Of a stretch of 64,000 nucleotides of DNA, positions 8,702 through 17,382 are shown piece by piece. The position numbers were made by a program, and so were the translations under genes. Each line of letters begins with the position of its first letter. Within the stretch, counting starts at the first letter, position 1. The notes under the pieces were generated by a model. That model did no database searches and was not told where the DNA came from. It was given only the letters and a program-made list of their open reading frames with translations. Where the stretch lies: the sequence record OR670491.1; one strand, given 5' to 3'.

Positions 8702-9628
8702 TTGAAAAAAGCGAAAAAAGCACTGAAAACTAAAATTGCCGTAGGCGTATTAGTTTCATCAGCCCTATTCGCTGCTATTGGATTTTATGGTTTTTCTCAA
8801 AGTGATCATGTACCATCATTAGACGAAAGTCAGGTGCATAATTTAAAACCACAGTTTACTCAAATTCAAAAGCAGGAACTACCACAGGTATCAGTACCAA
8901 AAGCAGTTCCAAGCAGCGAGAAACATTATACGGTTCAACCTGGAGATAGTTATTATTCTATTGCACAGAAATTTAAACCTAAAAATGTACAGATTGAAGA
9001 TTATGTCATTTTGTTGAAGAACATCAACTTAAATGCAACTCTTCATACTTCTCAGGGTATCTTTATCCCAACAAAAGAGGATTTGAAGAACGTATTGTTA
9101 CCAGATGTGACTGTACTGTTTGATTATAAAGATCCAGAAATTGTCAATCACATCAAAGAAGCTGAAGGTTCTATTGAATTTCAGTCCAAGAACAAACGAC
9201 GTTTACTTGGTGGGAAAGTTGGAGTTCCATATCGAAATTCTAAATTTTATCCGTATCGTGATATAAAAGGTAACTTCACTATTGGGTACGGACATTATCT
9301 TGGAAAGAAAGAATCAGATGCAAGTAAGTATCGTAATGGTATTACGAAGTCACAAGCACATAAACTTTTATTGTCTGACATGGAACGAACTAATAATGAT
9401 TTAGTTTTATTATTGAAGAAAAGAAATGCAACAAACCTTACGGCTGAACAGCAACGAATTTTATTTGAGATGGCATTTACATTAGGAGTTGATAAGTTAA
9501 ATACTTTCAATAAATTATGGAAAAGCGTTGATAATCAAAATGATAACAAGTTCAAAAAAGAAATTAAGAATTCTCTATGGTATCGTCAAGTAGGAAACCG
9601 TGCAGAATTGTTAGTTAGTAATTTGTAA
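8702..9628 (+). CDS. membrane-anchored LysM plus T4-type (GH24) lysozyme
   Basis: TTG start after AGGAGG; N-terminal TM; LysM YTVQPGDSYYSIAQKF; EAEG...YRDIKGNFTIGYGH. Confidence 0.85.
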   Translation: MKKAKKALKTKIAVGVLVSSALFAAIGFYGFSQSDHVPSLDESQVHNLKPQFTQIQKQELPQVSVPKAVPSSEKHYTVQPGDSYYSIAQKFKPKNVQIEDYVILLKNINLNATLHTSQGIFIPTKEDLKNVLLPDVTVLFDYKDPEIVNHIKEAEGSIEFQSKNKRRLLGGKVGVPYRNSKFYPYRDIKGNFTIGYGHYLGKKESDASKYRNGITKSQAHKLLLSDMERTNNDLVLLLKKRNATNLTAEQQRILFEMAFTLGVDKLNTFNKLWKSVDNQNDNKFKKEIKNSLWYRQVGNRAELLVSNL

Positions 9629-9633
9629 TTTAC

Positions 9634-9666
9634 AATAAAGGATGATATGTATCATCCTTTATTTTT
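9634..9666. terminator. 14-bp inverted repeat terminator
   Basis: AATAAAGGATGATA-tg-TATCATCCTTTATT. Confidence 0.75.
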
Positions 9667-9677
9667 AAGGTAAAAAT

Positions 9678-10310
9678 ATGATATATAATGTTGGTATAAA
9701 TGATGTACCAGGTGATTCTAAATCGGATAGTGATGGTTATTATATATATGTGAAATGGAAAAGTATGATTAAACGATGCTACTCAGTTGAATATCAAAAA
9801 ATACACCATTCATATATTGGAACAACTGTATGTAATGAATGGCTTACATATTCAAATTTTAAAGATTGGTATCTAAATAATTACATAGACGGGTATGTTT
9901 TAGATAAAGACTTGATATCGGGTGATTTACAAGTATACTCACCAGTGACATGTTCATTTGTACCACAAGAATTAAATTGTTCTATTCTTGAAAGTAATAG
10001 TGCTAAAACAAAACTACCATTGGGTGTGTCATATCAACAGAAAACTAAAAATATGATAAATGAACGTTCGAAACCATATGATTCATATATAAAAATGTAT
10101 GGTAAGTTGTATCGTCTTGGTAGTTATGAATGTCCTGAACTTGCACATAAAGAATGGCAAATCGCCAAGAAAAAATATCTCGAAGAACTCATTGACAGAT
10201 ATAAAAATTCTGTTAAAATGGAAGTCATAGAAGGTATTCAGAAACGAATTGATATATTACATAATGATATAGTCAATGACGGTGTTACAATAACAATCAA
10301 TAAGATATAA
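9678..10310 (+). CDS. free-standing HNH-type homing endonuclease
   Basis: KWKSMIKRCY...VCNEWLTYSNFKDW...LDKDL...YSPVTCSFVPQELN motif set of phage HNH homing nucleases. Confidence 0.8.
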   Translation: MIYNVGINDVPGDSKSDSDGYYIYVKWKSMIKRCYSVEYQKIHHSYIGTTVCNEWLTYSNFKDWYLNNYIDGYVLDKDLISGDLQVYSPVTCSFVPQELNCSILESNSAKTKLPLGVSYQQKTKNMINERSKPYDSYIKMYGKLYRLGSYECPELAHKEWQIAKKKYLEELIDRYKNSVKMEVIEGIQKRIDILHNDIVNDGVTITINKI

Positions 10311-10322
10311 GGTAGGTAAATT

Positions 10323-10649
10323 ATGCTAAATTTCGTTATCCAAGGTAATGTAGATGTTACTCCAGCAATTCATGACGCAATCCGCGATGAAGCAACAGTA
10401 CTAAGTAAATTTAGTGATGCTTCAGTACTGAATCTTGGTGTTCATCTGAAGAAAGAGCATAAAACACAGTACACTGTAACACTAACTTCTAATGGTAAGT
10501 CTGTTACTGCAAATGCAGCAGATTTATACAAAGCGATTAGTGATTCATTTGAAAAAATGGAAGTTGTACTTGGTAAAGACAAAAGCATTAAACTGCATCG
10601 TCGTAACCACCCAACACGTCCTCTGGACTTGACAGAAGACGAAGAGTAA
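10323..10649 (+). CDS. ribosome hibernation factor (HPF/RaiA, S30AE-like)
   Basis: N-terminal QGNVDVTPAIHD and C-terminal DLYKAISDSFEKMEVVLGKDK match the HPF pattern. Confidence 0.75.
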   Translation: MLNFVIQGNVDVTPAIHDAIRDEATVLSKFSDASVLNLGVHLKKEHKTQYTVTLTSNGKSVTANAADLYKAISDSFEKMEVVLGKDKSIKLHRRNHPTRPLDLTEDEE

Positions 10650-10657
10650 TTTATAAT

Positions 10658-10691
10658 AAAGGGACAGTATATTTCTGTCCCTTTTCTTTTT
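10658..10691 (+). terminator. Rho-independent terminator
   Basis: AAAGGGACAG/CTGTCCCTTT then T-rich. Confidence 0.8.
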
Positions 10692-10704
10692 GGAGTTTTT
10701 TAAT

Positions 10705-11097
10705 ATGCATAGTGTATGGCTGGAAATAATCAAAACTCTTATATCAGTACATGACAAGGACTTACCTGATAATCTAGTCATTAACCGATGGTACTATCCA
10801 GACACATTTGACAGAAAGGTTGGATGCATCTTTTATCACGACGATTACGGTAAATTTTGTGGATTAATTGAAGATATCAAATCCAATGTATCTTTCTCTA
10901 TAGAAATGAACGTAGATCACATAAAATACTACAACAGTAAAATGGATGAAGAACATGATGATGTTATAATCCCTATGGATATTGACGAAGCTGAGTTTTT
11001 TCAGTTATCAACAATTTATAATTTATCTGACATTACTTATGATAATGTTAAAGACATTATTAAATTGTACGATAAAATGTATAATTACTTTTTGTGA
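10705..11097 (+). CDS. hypothetical protein (paralogous family)
   Basis: ATG 10705 after GGAG; C-terminal IPMDIDEAEFFQ. Confidence 0.7.
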   Translation: MHSVWLEIIKTLISVHDKDLPDNLVINRWYYPDTFDRKVGCIFYHDDYGKFCGLIEDIKSNVSFSIEMNVDHIKYYNSKMDEEHDDVIIPMDIDEAEFFQLSTIYNLSDITYDNVKDIIKLYDKMYNYFL

Positions 11098-11481
11098 TTG
11101 AGGTATAAGTTGAGAAATACATTAATTAAAGTTAATTTATCACATTTCGATCCATACCAGAAATATGAAGAAAGTAAAAGGTATAATATTAATGATGATT
11201 TCACAATATATTTCAATAGAACATACAGCACAATCATCATCACTATTTGTGATCATATAAAAATTTGTATAACAAAAGATATAATAACTTTGTACATTCA
11301 AAACAAAGAAACTGATATACCAACAGATTTGGATGAAGATGCATATGCTCAAGACGAATTCGTGAGAGATCACTTGTTGATTGAGTACGATACTTATTCA
11401 TTGATTAATTTCTACAAAGTAAATTACATTAAGTGGTTGTCTGGTGAAAGTGATGATGGTATAATAGAGTGGAGCATTTAA
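11098..11481 (+). CDS. hypothetical protein (paralogous family)
   Basis: TTG start abutting upstream stop; IPTDLDEDAYAQ. Confidence 0.6.
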   Translation: MRYKLRNTLIKVNLSHFDPYQKYEESKRYNINDDFTIYFNRTYSTIIITICDHIKICITKDIITLYIQNKETDIPTDLDEDAYAQDEFVRDHLLIEYDTYSLINFYKVNYIKWLSGESDDGIIEWSI

Positions 11482-11482
11482 T

Positions 11483-11608
11483 ATGAATACAATTATGCTA
11501 GAAGAAGATTGGGGTGTTTCTGAACAAGGAACCGACGAGTACAAAGAGCCAGAATACAAGCCTAAAGGCTTCTGGGAACGTCTCTTTGACTGGTTGATGG
11601 GGGAGTGA
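11483..11608 (+). CDS. small hypothetical protein (41 aa, not in ORF track)
   Basis: GGAG SD; ends KGFWERLFDWLMGE; TGATG coupling to next gene. Confidence 0.6.
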   Translation: MNTIMLEEDWGVSEQGTDEYKEPEYKPKGFWERLFDWLMGE

Positions 11609-11793
11609 TGGAATATACGATATGTGCTGTAATTTGTATCTTAGCTTTAATCGGCGGCGTTGGTGTGATGGTGTATTGTGATGCAGAACCCAGTACTGAA
11701 ATTGGTATCAGAACAAATGCCAAGCCAGGGTTGAAAATCAATGAGAAGTACTGCTATAATATCAGAACTAACTCCTATGACATTTGCCTATAA
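11608..11793 (+). CDS. small membrane-anchored protein
   Basis: N-terminal TM segment. Confidence 0.6.
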   Translation: MEYTICAVICILALIGGVGVMVYCDAEPSTEIGIRTNAKPGLKINEKYCYNIRTNSYDICL

Positions 11794-11802
11794 GGAAACA
11801 TT

Positions 11803-12915
11803 ATGAAAAAATATCTCGTGGGTGGATTCGTCCGCGACCGACTACTGGGCTTACGTGCTAAAGACAAAGATTATGTCATTGTCAGTGCATCTGAATCTGA
11901 TATTAAGTACTTGAAAAGTATTGGGTACAAACAAGTCGGCATTGATTTCCCTGTATTCTTGAGTCCAGAGGGAAATGAATATGCATTAGCCAGGACTGAA
12001 CGTAAAGTCGGTGTAGGCTATAATGGCTTTGAAGTTAATACTAAAGGTGTAACCTTAGAAGACGACTTATATCGCCGTGACCTCACAATCAATGCTATTG
12101 CATACGATCCAGTACTGCAAATTCACATCGACCCATACGGTGGGAAAGATGATATTAAGAATAAAGTACTGCGTCACGTTTCAGAGCACTTCAAAGAAGA
12201 CCCATTACGTGTTCTTCGTCTTGCACGCTTTGCAACACGATATAATGACTTTACAATTCACGAAAGTACTGTTACAATGTGCACTGAAATGGTTAGTACT
12301 GGTGAGTTGAATCATCTTGTACCAGACCGTGTGTATGTTGAATTTGAAAAGGCACTCACTGAAGAGAAACCTGCCAAGTTCCTTAAGACACTGGCTAATT
12401 TCGGCTATTATGAAAAAGCATTTACTAAAACACTAACCCGTAAGGTATTAGAATTGGTTGATAACATTTCAGATAATTGTACAGAAGCATATAAGCCATA
12501 TTTCATTTGGAGTGCACTACTCGAAACAGAAGAAGTAAATAAAGACTCAGTACTGAACGAATCAATTAAAATGCCCGTTAAGTACGTGAAGTTTAGCAAT
12601 TATGTAAAACGATTCCGTGATGATATCAAGACATTCCGTAAGAAAACACCTGAAGAGATGGGTGCGTTGTTACTGGAAATGAACATTCGAAATAACGGTG
12701 GGGAAGAATTCCTGTACAAAGTGCTGGAGTACTTTATTCTTCGTCGTGAAATCGACCTTGAACTTGAAGATTTGATTATTAAGGTGTATGATCGTTACAC
12801 CGATACTGTATTACCTGATATTGAAGAAATGGTTAAAGACGGTTCTCTGGACAAGAAAGATATTCGTGACTTTGTACAAGGTTTGCGTATTACTGAAATC
12901 CAGAAAATGTTCTGA
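11803..12915 (+). CDS. cca: tRNA nucleotidyltransferase (CCA-adding enzyme)
   Basis: VGGFVRD, DKD, EYALARTE, RRDLTINAIA, EDPLRVLRLARF. Confidence 0.95.
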   Translation: MKKYLVGGFVRDRLLGLRAKDKDYVIVSASESDIKYLKSIGYKQVGIDFPVFLSPEGNEYALARTERKVGVGYNGFEVNTKGVTLEDDLYRRDLTINAIAYDPVLQIHIDPYGGKDDIKNKVLRHVSEHFKEDPLRVLRLARFATRYNDFTIHESTVTMCTEMVSTGELNHLVPDRVYVEFEKALTEEKPAKFLKTLANFGYYEKAFTKTLTRKVLELVDNISDNCTEAYKPYFIWSALLETEEVNKDSVLNESIKMPVKYVKFSNYVKRFRDDIKTFRKKTPEEMGALLLEMNIRNNGGEEFLYKVLEYFILRREIDLELEDLIIKVYDRYTDTVLPDIEEMVKDGSLDKKDIRDFVQGLRITEIQKMF

Positions 12916-12921
12916 AATCAT

Positions 12922-12949
12922 TGGACAAATCTTCAAGTACTGATATAAT
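12922..12949 (+). promoter_or_regulatory. sigma70-type promoter
   Basis: TGGACA-16 nt-TATAAT with TG extension. Confidence 0.65.
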
Positions 12950-12991
12950 TAATGGTATCTGAACATCATATGATGAAAACGAGATAAGATT

Positions 12992-13424
12992 ATGCGTTAT
13001 AGTTGTGGTATAATATTTTATCGTGATGGTCAGATACTTGTTGGTCATACAACACGGACAGCAGCACTGGGATTTACCTAAAGGTAAAACTGAAGGTGAT
13101 GAAACATTTAAAGAAGCTGCGGTTCGTGAGTGTTATGAAGAGACAGGATTCCAAATCAATGAAGATGATTTACTTCTTCTTGGTGATGTTTCTTATAGAA
13201 AGGGTAAGAGATTAGTATTATTCTTTTATACTGCAAAGGATAAGCCAATCCCTTCAGAACTGGAATGTAAAAGTACTTATACCAACCGATACGGTAGAAG
13301 TCATCCAGAACTGGATAAGTTCATGTACATTGATGTAGAAGATTGTCAAAAGTATTTGACTGAACGAATGTGTAATAGTATAATAAAGGCTGTTAAAGCT
13401 TTTCAAAGAAACAGAAGGAAATGA
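12992..13424 (+). CDS. NUDIX hydrolase split by a +1 frameshift near 13055
   Basis: MRYSCGIIFYRDGQILVGHTT (frame of 12992) joins GQQHWDLPKG...REC.EETG Nudix box in the +1 frame; 143 aa joined. Confidence 0.8.
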
Positions 13425-13426
13425 AT

Positions 13427-13675
13427 ATGAAAGTTAAAATTTATGGTCGTAAGACTGGCTGTAAGTTCTGTGATACTGCGAAGCAAGTATGTGAAGCGAA
13501 CAAATTTGATATGGAATTCATTGATATCGCTGAAGCTGGTATCGATGGTGTTAAACTGGCAGAAATCTGTGGTCAAGCAGTACGCCAAGTTCCACAAATC
13601 TTTGTAAACGAAGAATACGTACCAGGTGGTTGTACTGGTTTTATCGATGGTCTACGTGAAGGTCGCTGGAATTAA
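13427..13675 (+). CDS. glutaredoxin
   Basis: CKFC active site, VPQIF, GGCT. Confidence 0.88.
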   Translation: MKVKIYGRKTGCKFCDTAKQVCEANKFDMEFIDIAEAGIDGVKLAEICGQAVRQVPQIFVNEEYVPGGCTGFIDGLREGRWN

Positions 13676-13917
13676 TGAATATTGATAAAGTATCATTACG
13701 TGCTAAACAATTAGCAGAACAATTTGGTATTGAGTTTAAAGTACCAGATATTAAAGCTGCTCAAGAACATGCACAACGTAAGATTCACAAATTAAAAGAG
13801 TATACTTCTAATAAAGAGAAGTATGATGAAGCTATCGCACACATTGTTGAGTCATTCAGTAAAGATGATATTTTGGCATTCTTAGATTCTGTAGCGGTTT
13901 CTAAAAACCCTAAATAA
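13675..13917 (+). CDS. hypothetical protein
   Basis: TAATG coupling. Confidence 0.65.
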   Translation: MNIDKVSLRAKQLAEQFGIEFKVPDIKAAQEHAQRKIHKLKEYTSNKEKYDEAIAHIVESFSKDDILAFLDSVAVSKNPK

Positions 13918-13962
13918 TATTGAAGAACACAAGTTCTTCGTAACAATTTGGGAGATACTATT

Positions 13963-14202
13963 ATGCTCAGTTTTCGTGAACAATTAGCAAAAGGCAATTT
14001 CGCTGCTCAAGCTCAAACCAAAATTCCTAAAAAGTCAGCTTTCTTAGGGACGATTACAGAAGATGGTTATTGTGATTTTAATGCACCAGAAGATACGTGG
14101 TACATTGAAAAAGACACAAAACGTAGTAGTAGACTTCACAAAAGTACCGTCGCTCGAAAACAGCGTAAAGAATTAAAACGTATACGTTTTGGTGAAGAAT
14201 AA
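13963..14202 (+). CDS. hypothetical basic protein
   Basis: ATG after GGAG SD. Confidence 0.65.
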   Translation: MLSFREQLAKGNFAAQAQTKIPKKSAFLGTITEDGYCDFNAPEDTWYIEKDTKRSSRLHKSTVARKQRKELKRIRFGEE

Positions 14203-14209
14203 TAAAATT

Positions 14210-14238
14210 AAGGACTCTTACAAGGAGTCCTTTCTTTT
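14210..14238 (+). terminator. Rho-independent terminator
   Basis: AAGGACTC/GAGTCCTT then T-rich. Confidence 0.75.
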
Positions 14239-14249
14239 CGGGGTATAAA

Positions 14250-14726
14250 ATGATACACGAACATATTGGTAATCTGTTTGAATTATTCAGTACTGTAACA
14301 AATGATGACGGTGTATTGCACATAATCGCTCATGGTTGTAATGCTCAAGGTAAGATGGGTTCAGGATTTGCAAAAGAATTACGAAATCGTTACTCAATGG
14401 CCTACGATGATTACAAGAAGTATGAAAAGGAAATGGGCTTTCTACGAACTGGTCAAATTTCCTATTCTGCCATCAATGATGATTTGATTATTGCAAACTG
14501 TATTACCCAAAAATGGTATGGTACAGATGGTGCAAAATACGTAAGTTATGATGCAATTGACGAAGTATTTCATAAACTAAATATGTTCTGTAAAATTGAA
14601 CGCAATGTTCATTTGCACTTCCCGAAAATTGGAGCCGACTTAGGCGGTGGTAACTGGAACGTTATCAAAGAAATCATTGACCACAGGATGGTTAATGCAG
14701 AAAAACACTTATATATTTTGAAATAA
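14250..14726 (+). CDS. macrodomain (ADP-ribose binding/hydrolase)
   Basis: IAHGCNAQGKMGSGFA and FPKIGADLGGG motifs. Confidence 0.9.
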   Translation: MIHEHIGNLFELFSTVTNDDGVLHIIAHGCNAQGKMGSGFAKELRNRYSMAYDDYKKYEKEMGFLRTGQISYSAINDDLIIANCITQKWYGTDGAKYVSYDAIDEVFHKLNMFCKIERNVHLHFPKIGADLGGGNWNVIKEIIDHRMVNAEKHLYILK

Positions 14727-14748
14727 CATACAAAAGGAATTGACAAAA

Positions 14749-15057
14749 ATGACTATGACCGTTAAACTACTAAACATCAACAGCATTGGCCCAGTACTAG
14801 CAGTTCTACAAAACGATGCACCAGAAGCAGTAGTTGTGAACTATCCAGCACAACTAGGCACTGATGAGAAAGGTGAAATCATTCTACGTGATTACCTAGA
14901 GTTTGTAAGTTCTGAAAAAGGTGTTATTTTCTATAAATCCAACATCATTAGTATTAGCGATGCTAACCCAGCACTAGTTGATGCATACGTAGAAGCAATT
15001 AAAGCAATCGAAGAAACGCCACGAGTCTTCGTTCCAGAAAACAAAATTATCGTATAA
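14749..15057 (+). CDS. hypothetical protein, possible Sm-like fold
   Basis: Beta-rich pattern with terminal helix; weak family call. Confidence 0.6.
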   Translation: MTMTVKLLNINSIGPVLAVLQNDAPEAVVVNYPAQLGTDEKGEIILRDYLEFVSSEKGVIFYKSNIISISDANPALVDAYVEAIKAIEETPRVFVPENKIIV

Positions 15058-15069
15058 TAGAGGTATATA

Positions 15070-15447
15070 ATGGCTGCTAATGAAACTAAAGTTGAAACTA
15101 TCCAAGCAATCGTAGTACTGAAAGGTACTGTCCCATCACCAGCGGAATTGGTTATGGCTGGAATGACTATTCTACACCAGTACAATCCAGCATCACCTAA
15201 CTATGTTCAAGATTATGAGGCAAAGGAATTCAATAAGCATTGGCAGTCGTGGCTAACTGACAACGAAGCAAAACAAGTTGTCTTTGAAGCAGATGATATT
15301 TTTGAACTGGAACAGATTGAGTTCTTGGCATCACAGCAATCTGTTCCATTGAGTAACTTCGGTAATGGTGAAGAGGTTCTAGTACTTGGACCATTCAGTA
15401 AAGGTGAAATCATTCATCTACTATCAAACTGCTCCGAAGTAAAGTAA
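15070..15447 (+). CDS. PTH2-like (peptidyl-tRNA hydrolase 2 fold), degenerate
   Basis: QAIVVLK...W...AKQVVFEADDIFELEQI..LA....VP...LVLGP..K.EI follows PTH2 layout. Confidence 0.55.
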   Translation: MAANETKVETIQAIVVLKGTVPSPAELVMAGMTILHQYNPASPNYVQDYEAKEFNKHWQSWLTDNEAKQVVFEADDIFELEQIEFLASQQSVPLSNFGNGEEVLVLGPFSKGEIIHLLSNCSEVK

Positions 15448-15506
15448 TCTAATAAACAACCAGCACCTCTAAATAATGTATATAAACATTAATGAGGTGC
15501 TTTTTT

Positions 15507-16298
15507 ATGTCTTACGATTATATGGGTGGAAACCCTGATGCTCCGAATTTTGATCACAGAGAAAAACTAAAAGATGTGGTCACACAAATGTTAGGTGCAG
15601 GTGCAGTTGAAGTTGAAATCACTGATGGTCAACTCGAAATTGCAATTGATAATGCTGTTGCTAACTACCGTGCATGGAGTTCAGCTTCTAAAGAAGAAGC
15701 ATTTTTAAATATGAAATTTTACGATTCTCAGTCGGTCTATATGTTACCAACTGAAGTTGAAATCGTTAAAAAAATCTACCGCTATGGTAATGGTTATTTG
15801 AGTTCAGGTAGTGGTAACTCCGTTGACCCATTCTCACTTGCATTCACTAACTCATATTTGCTAACATCTGCTCGTAACGCAGGTGGTTATGACTTAACTA
15901 CTTATGACTTCAGTTTCCAGTTCCAAGAACTAGTGGGTCGTATGTTTGGTCGTGAAATTATATTTCAATTTAACCCAATGACTAAGAAACTAGTTATTGA
16001 CCGTGATATTCGCGGTACTGAAGAAGTACTGTTACACGTTTATCACAACATCCCTGAACCGCTCCTATTCATGCGTCAGATGAGCTATCCGTGGCTTCGT
16101 GACTGGACACTATCTGAAGCTATGATTATGCTTGGTCGTAACCGTGCGAAGTTTGCTACGCTACCAGGACCACAAGGGACATTCTCAATGGATGGTGATA
16201 CACTACGTAATGAAGGTCTTCAATTACAAGAACAGTTGAAAGAACGCTTGAAACGTTACGAAGATGGTGCAGATCCACTAGGTATGATTATAGGCTAA
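15507..16298 (+). CDS. neck protein (T4 gp13-like)
   Basis: LG...VEVEITDGQL..AID.A, WLRDWTL, GRNRAKF..LPGPQG...DG; TAAATA at 15470. Confidence 0.85.
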   Translation: MSYDYMGGNPDAPNFDHREKLKDVVTQMLGAGAVEVEITDGQLEIAIDNAVANYRAWSSASKEEAFLNMKFYDSQSVYMLPTEVEIVKKIYRYGNGYLSSGSGNSVDPFSLAFTNSYLLTSARNAGGYDLTTYDFSFQFQELVGRMFGREIIFQFNPMTKKLVIDRDIRGTEEVLLHVYHNIPEPLLFMRQMSYPWLRDWTLSEAMIMLGRNRAKFATLPGPQGTFSMDGDTLRNEGLQLQEQLKERLKRYEDGADPLGMIIG

Positions 16299-16300
16299 TA

Positions 16301-16328
16301 AAAAAGACTCCTTTATGGGGTCTTTTTT
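16301..16328. terminator. terminator hairpin flanked by A- and T-runs
   Basis: AAAAAGACTCC-tttat-GGGGTCTTTTT. Confidence 0.75.
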
Positions 16329-16373
16329 CATATGTGGTGATATAATGTTTTTAAGTGAATTGAGGAATTTAAA

Positions 16374-16634
16374 ATGGGAACACAAAATTACAGAATTAAC
16401 AAATGTTATGACACATTCAAAGGTTCGGAAAGAATGTGGGAATTTGTCAAAACAGCACTTACTGACGTATTTGATAAAGAACGTTTGCATGTGTGGTGTA
16501 GCATTTATCGTTGTAATGATGTAACCAAATATGCAGTTTACTTAAGATTATTTGATGATGATGAGATTTTGAAGATTATGGTCGAATCAGCAGTTGGTAA
16601 AATTTTAAATGTATCAAAAGACACGGATGATTGA
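16374..16634 (+). CDS. hypothetical protein
   Basis: GAGGA SD; extended -10 TGaTATAAT at 16338-16346. Confidence 0.7.
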   Translation: MGTQNYRINKCYDTFKGSERMWEFVKTALTDVFDKERLHVWCSIYRCNDVTKYAVYLRLFDDDEILKIMVESAVGKILNVSKDTDD

Positions 16635-16661
16635 TACAGTACTGAATTACATGGAGAAAAT

Positions 16662-17294
16662 ATGAAAAGGAAAATCGTAGCAGTTAATGGTACAATCGGT
16701 AGTGGTAAGAATGCATTCTCTGAACCATTCATCGATAATGGATTTACACAAATGTCTTTTGCAAAGAATCTCAAGGATTCAGTTGCAGCTATCTTTGGTT
16801 GGGATCGTGAAATGCTGGAAGGTATTACCAAAGAAAGTCGTGCTATCCGTGAAATTCCAGATGCGTACTGGTGTAAAAAACTAGGTCGTGATGATGTATC
16901 ACCGCGTTGGGTACTTCAATATTACGGTACTGACGTAGTTCGTCGTTATCTTAATAATGATATTTGGGTGTACAGTTTAGAGAAATCAATGCAAGACATT
17001 AAAGGTGATATTATCATTAGTGATTGTCGTTTTCCAAATGAATTAACGATGATTCGTGAAAATGGTGGTGTTGTTATTGAAGTACAACGAGAATTGCCAG
17101 AATGGTATAATGATGCATATCGTTATAATGTTCGTGGTGGTGATTTACCAGAAGCACTAAAAACTATTCACCCATCAGAGTGGGCTTGGATTGGTATTAA
17201 TAAACCAGATTATGTGGTTCAGAATAACAGTACCTTAGAAGAACTGAATAAACAAGCAGAATGGATTATTCACGGTATCAAAGACAAAAACTGA
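16662..17294 (+). CDS. deoxynucleoside monophosphate kinase (T4 gp1-like)
   Basis: GTIGSGK P-loop, SFAKNLKD, PRWVLQYYGTD, ISDCRFPNE. Confidence 0.9.
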   Translation: MKRKIVAVNGTIGSGKNAFSEPFIDNGFTQMSFAKNLKDSVAAIFGWDREMLEGITKESRAIREIPDAYWCKKLGRDDVSPRWVLQYYGTDVVRRYLNNDIWVYSLEKSMQDIKGDIIISDCRFPNELTMIRENGGVVIEVQRELPEWYNDAYRYNVRGGDLPEALKTIHPSEWAWIGINKPDYVVQNNSTLEELNKQAEWIIHGIKDKN

Positions 17295-17326
17295 TCACTT
17301 TCAATAGCTAACTTTATATCCTCCAA

Positions 17327-17332
17327 TAAATA
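17327..17332 (+). promoter_or_regulatory. late-promoter-like TAAATA motif (also 15470, 20094, 20392, 21166, 24109, 52944 on +; 36252, 43585, 48617, 52908, 58589 on -)
   Basis: Recurs just upstream of structural genes; core of T4 late promoter TATAAATA. Confidence 0.6.
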
Positions 17333-17382
17333 AGACTATACGAATATATTTCGAATAACCAATTATTTTTGGAGGATTTAAT

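Noticed and set aside
12952-12987. 11-codon ORF after the 12922 promoter
   Set aside because: Too short, no SD, overlaps the transcription start
13052-13058. Classical tRNA-slippage model for the CGG shifts
   Set aside because: P-site codons (ACA, TGT, AAC, GGA) cannot re-pair well in the +1 frame and no shared stimulatory SD or hairpin was evident
13023-13424. ORF-track GTG start for the NUDIX gene
   Set aside because: Lacks an SD and the first NUDIX strand; ATG 12992 plus a frameshift fits better
13675-13917. AKQLAEQFGI resembles the start of the T4 Inh protein as recalled
   Set aside because: Match too short; protein much smaller
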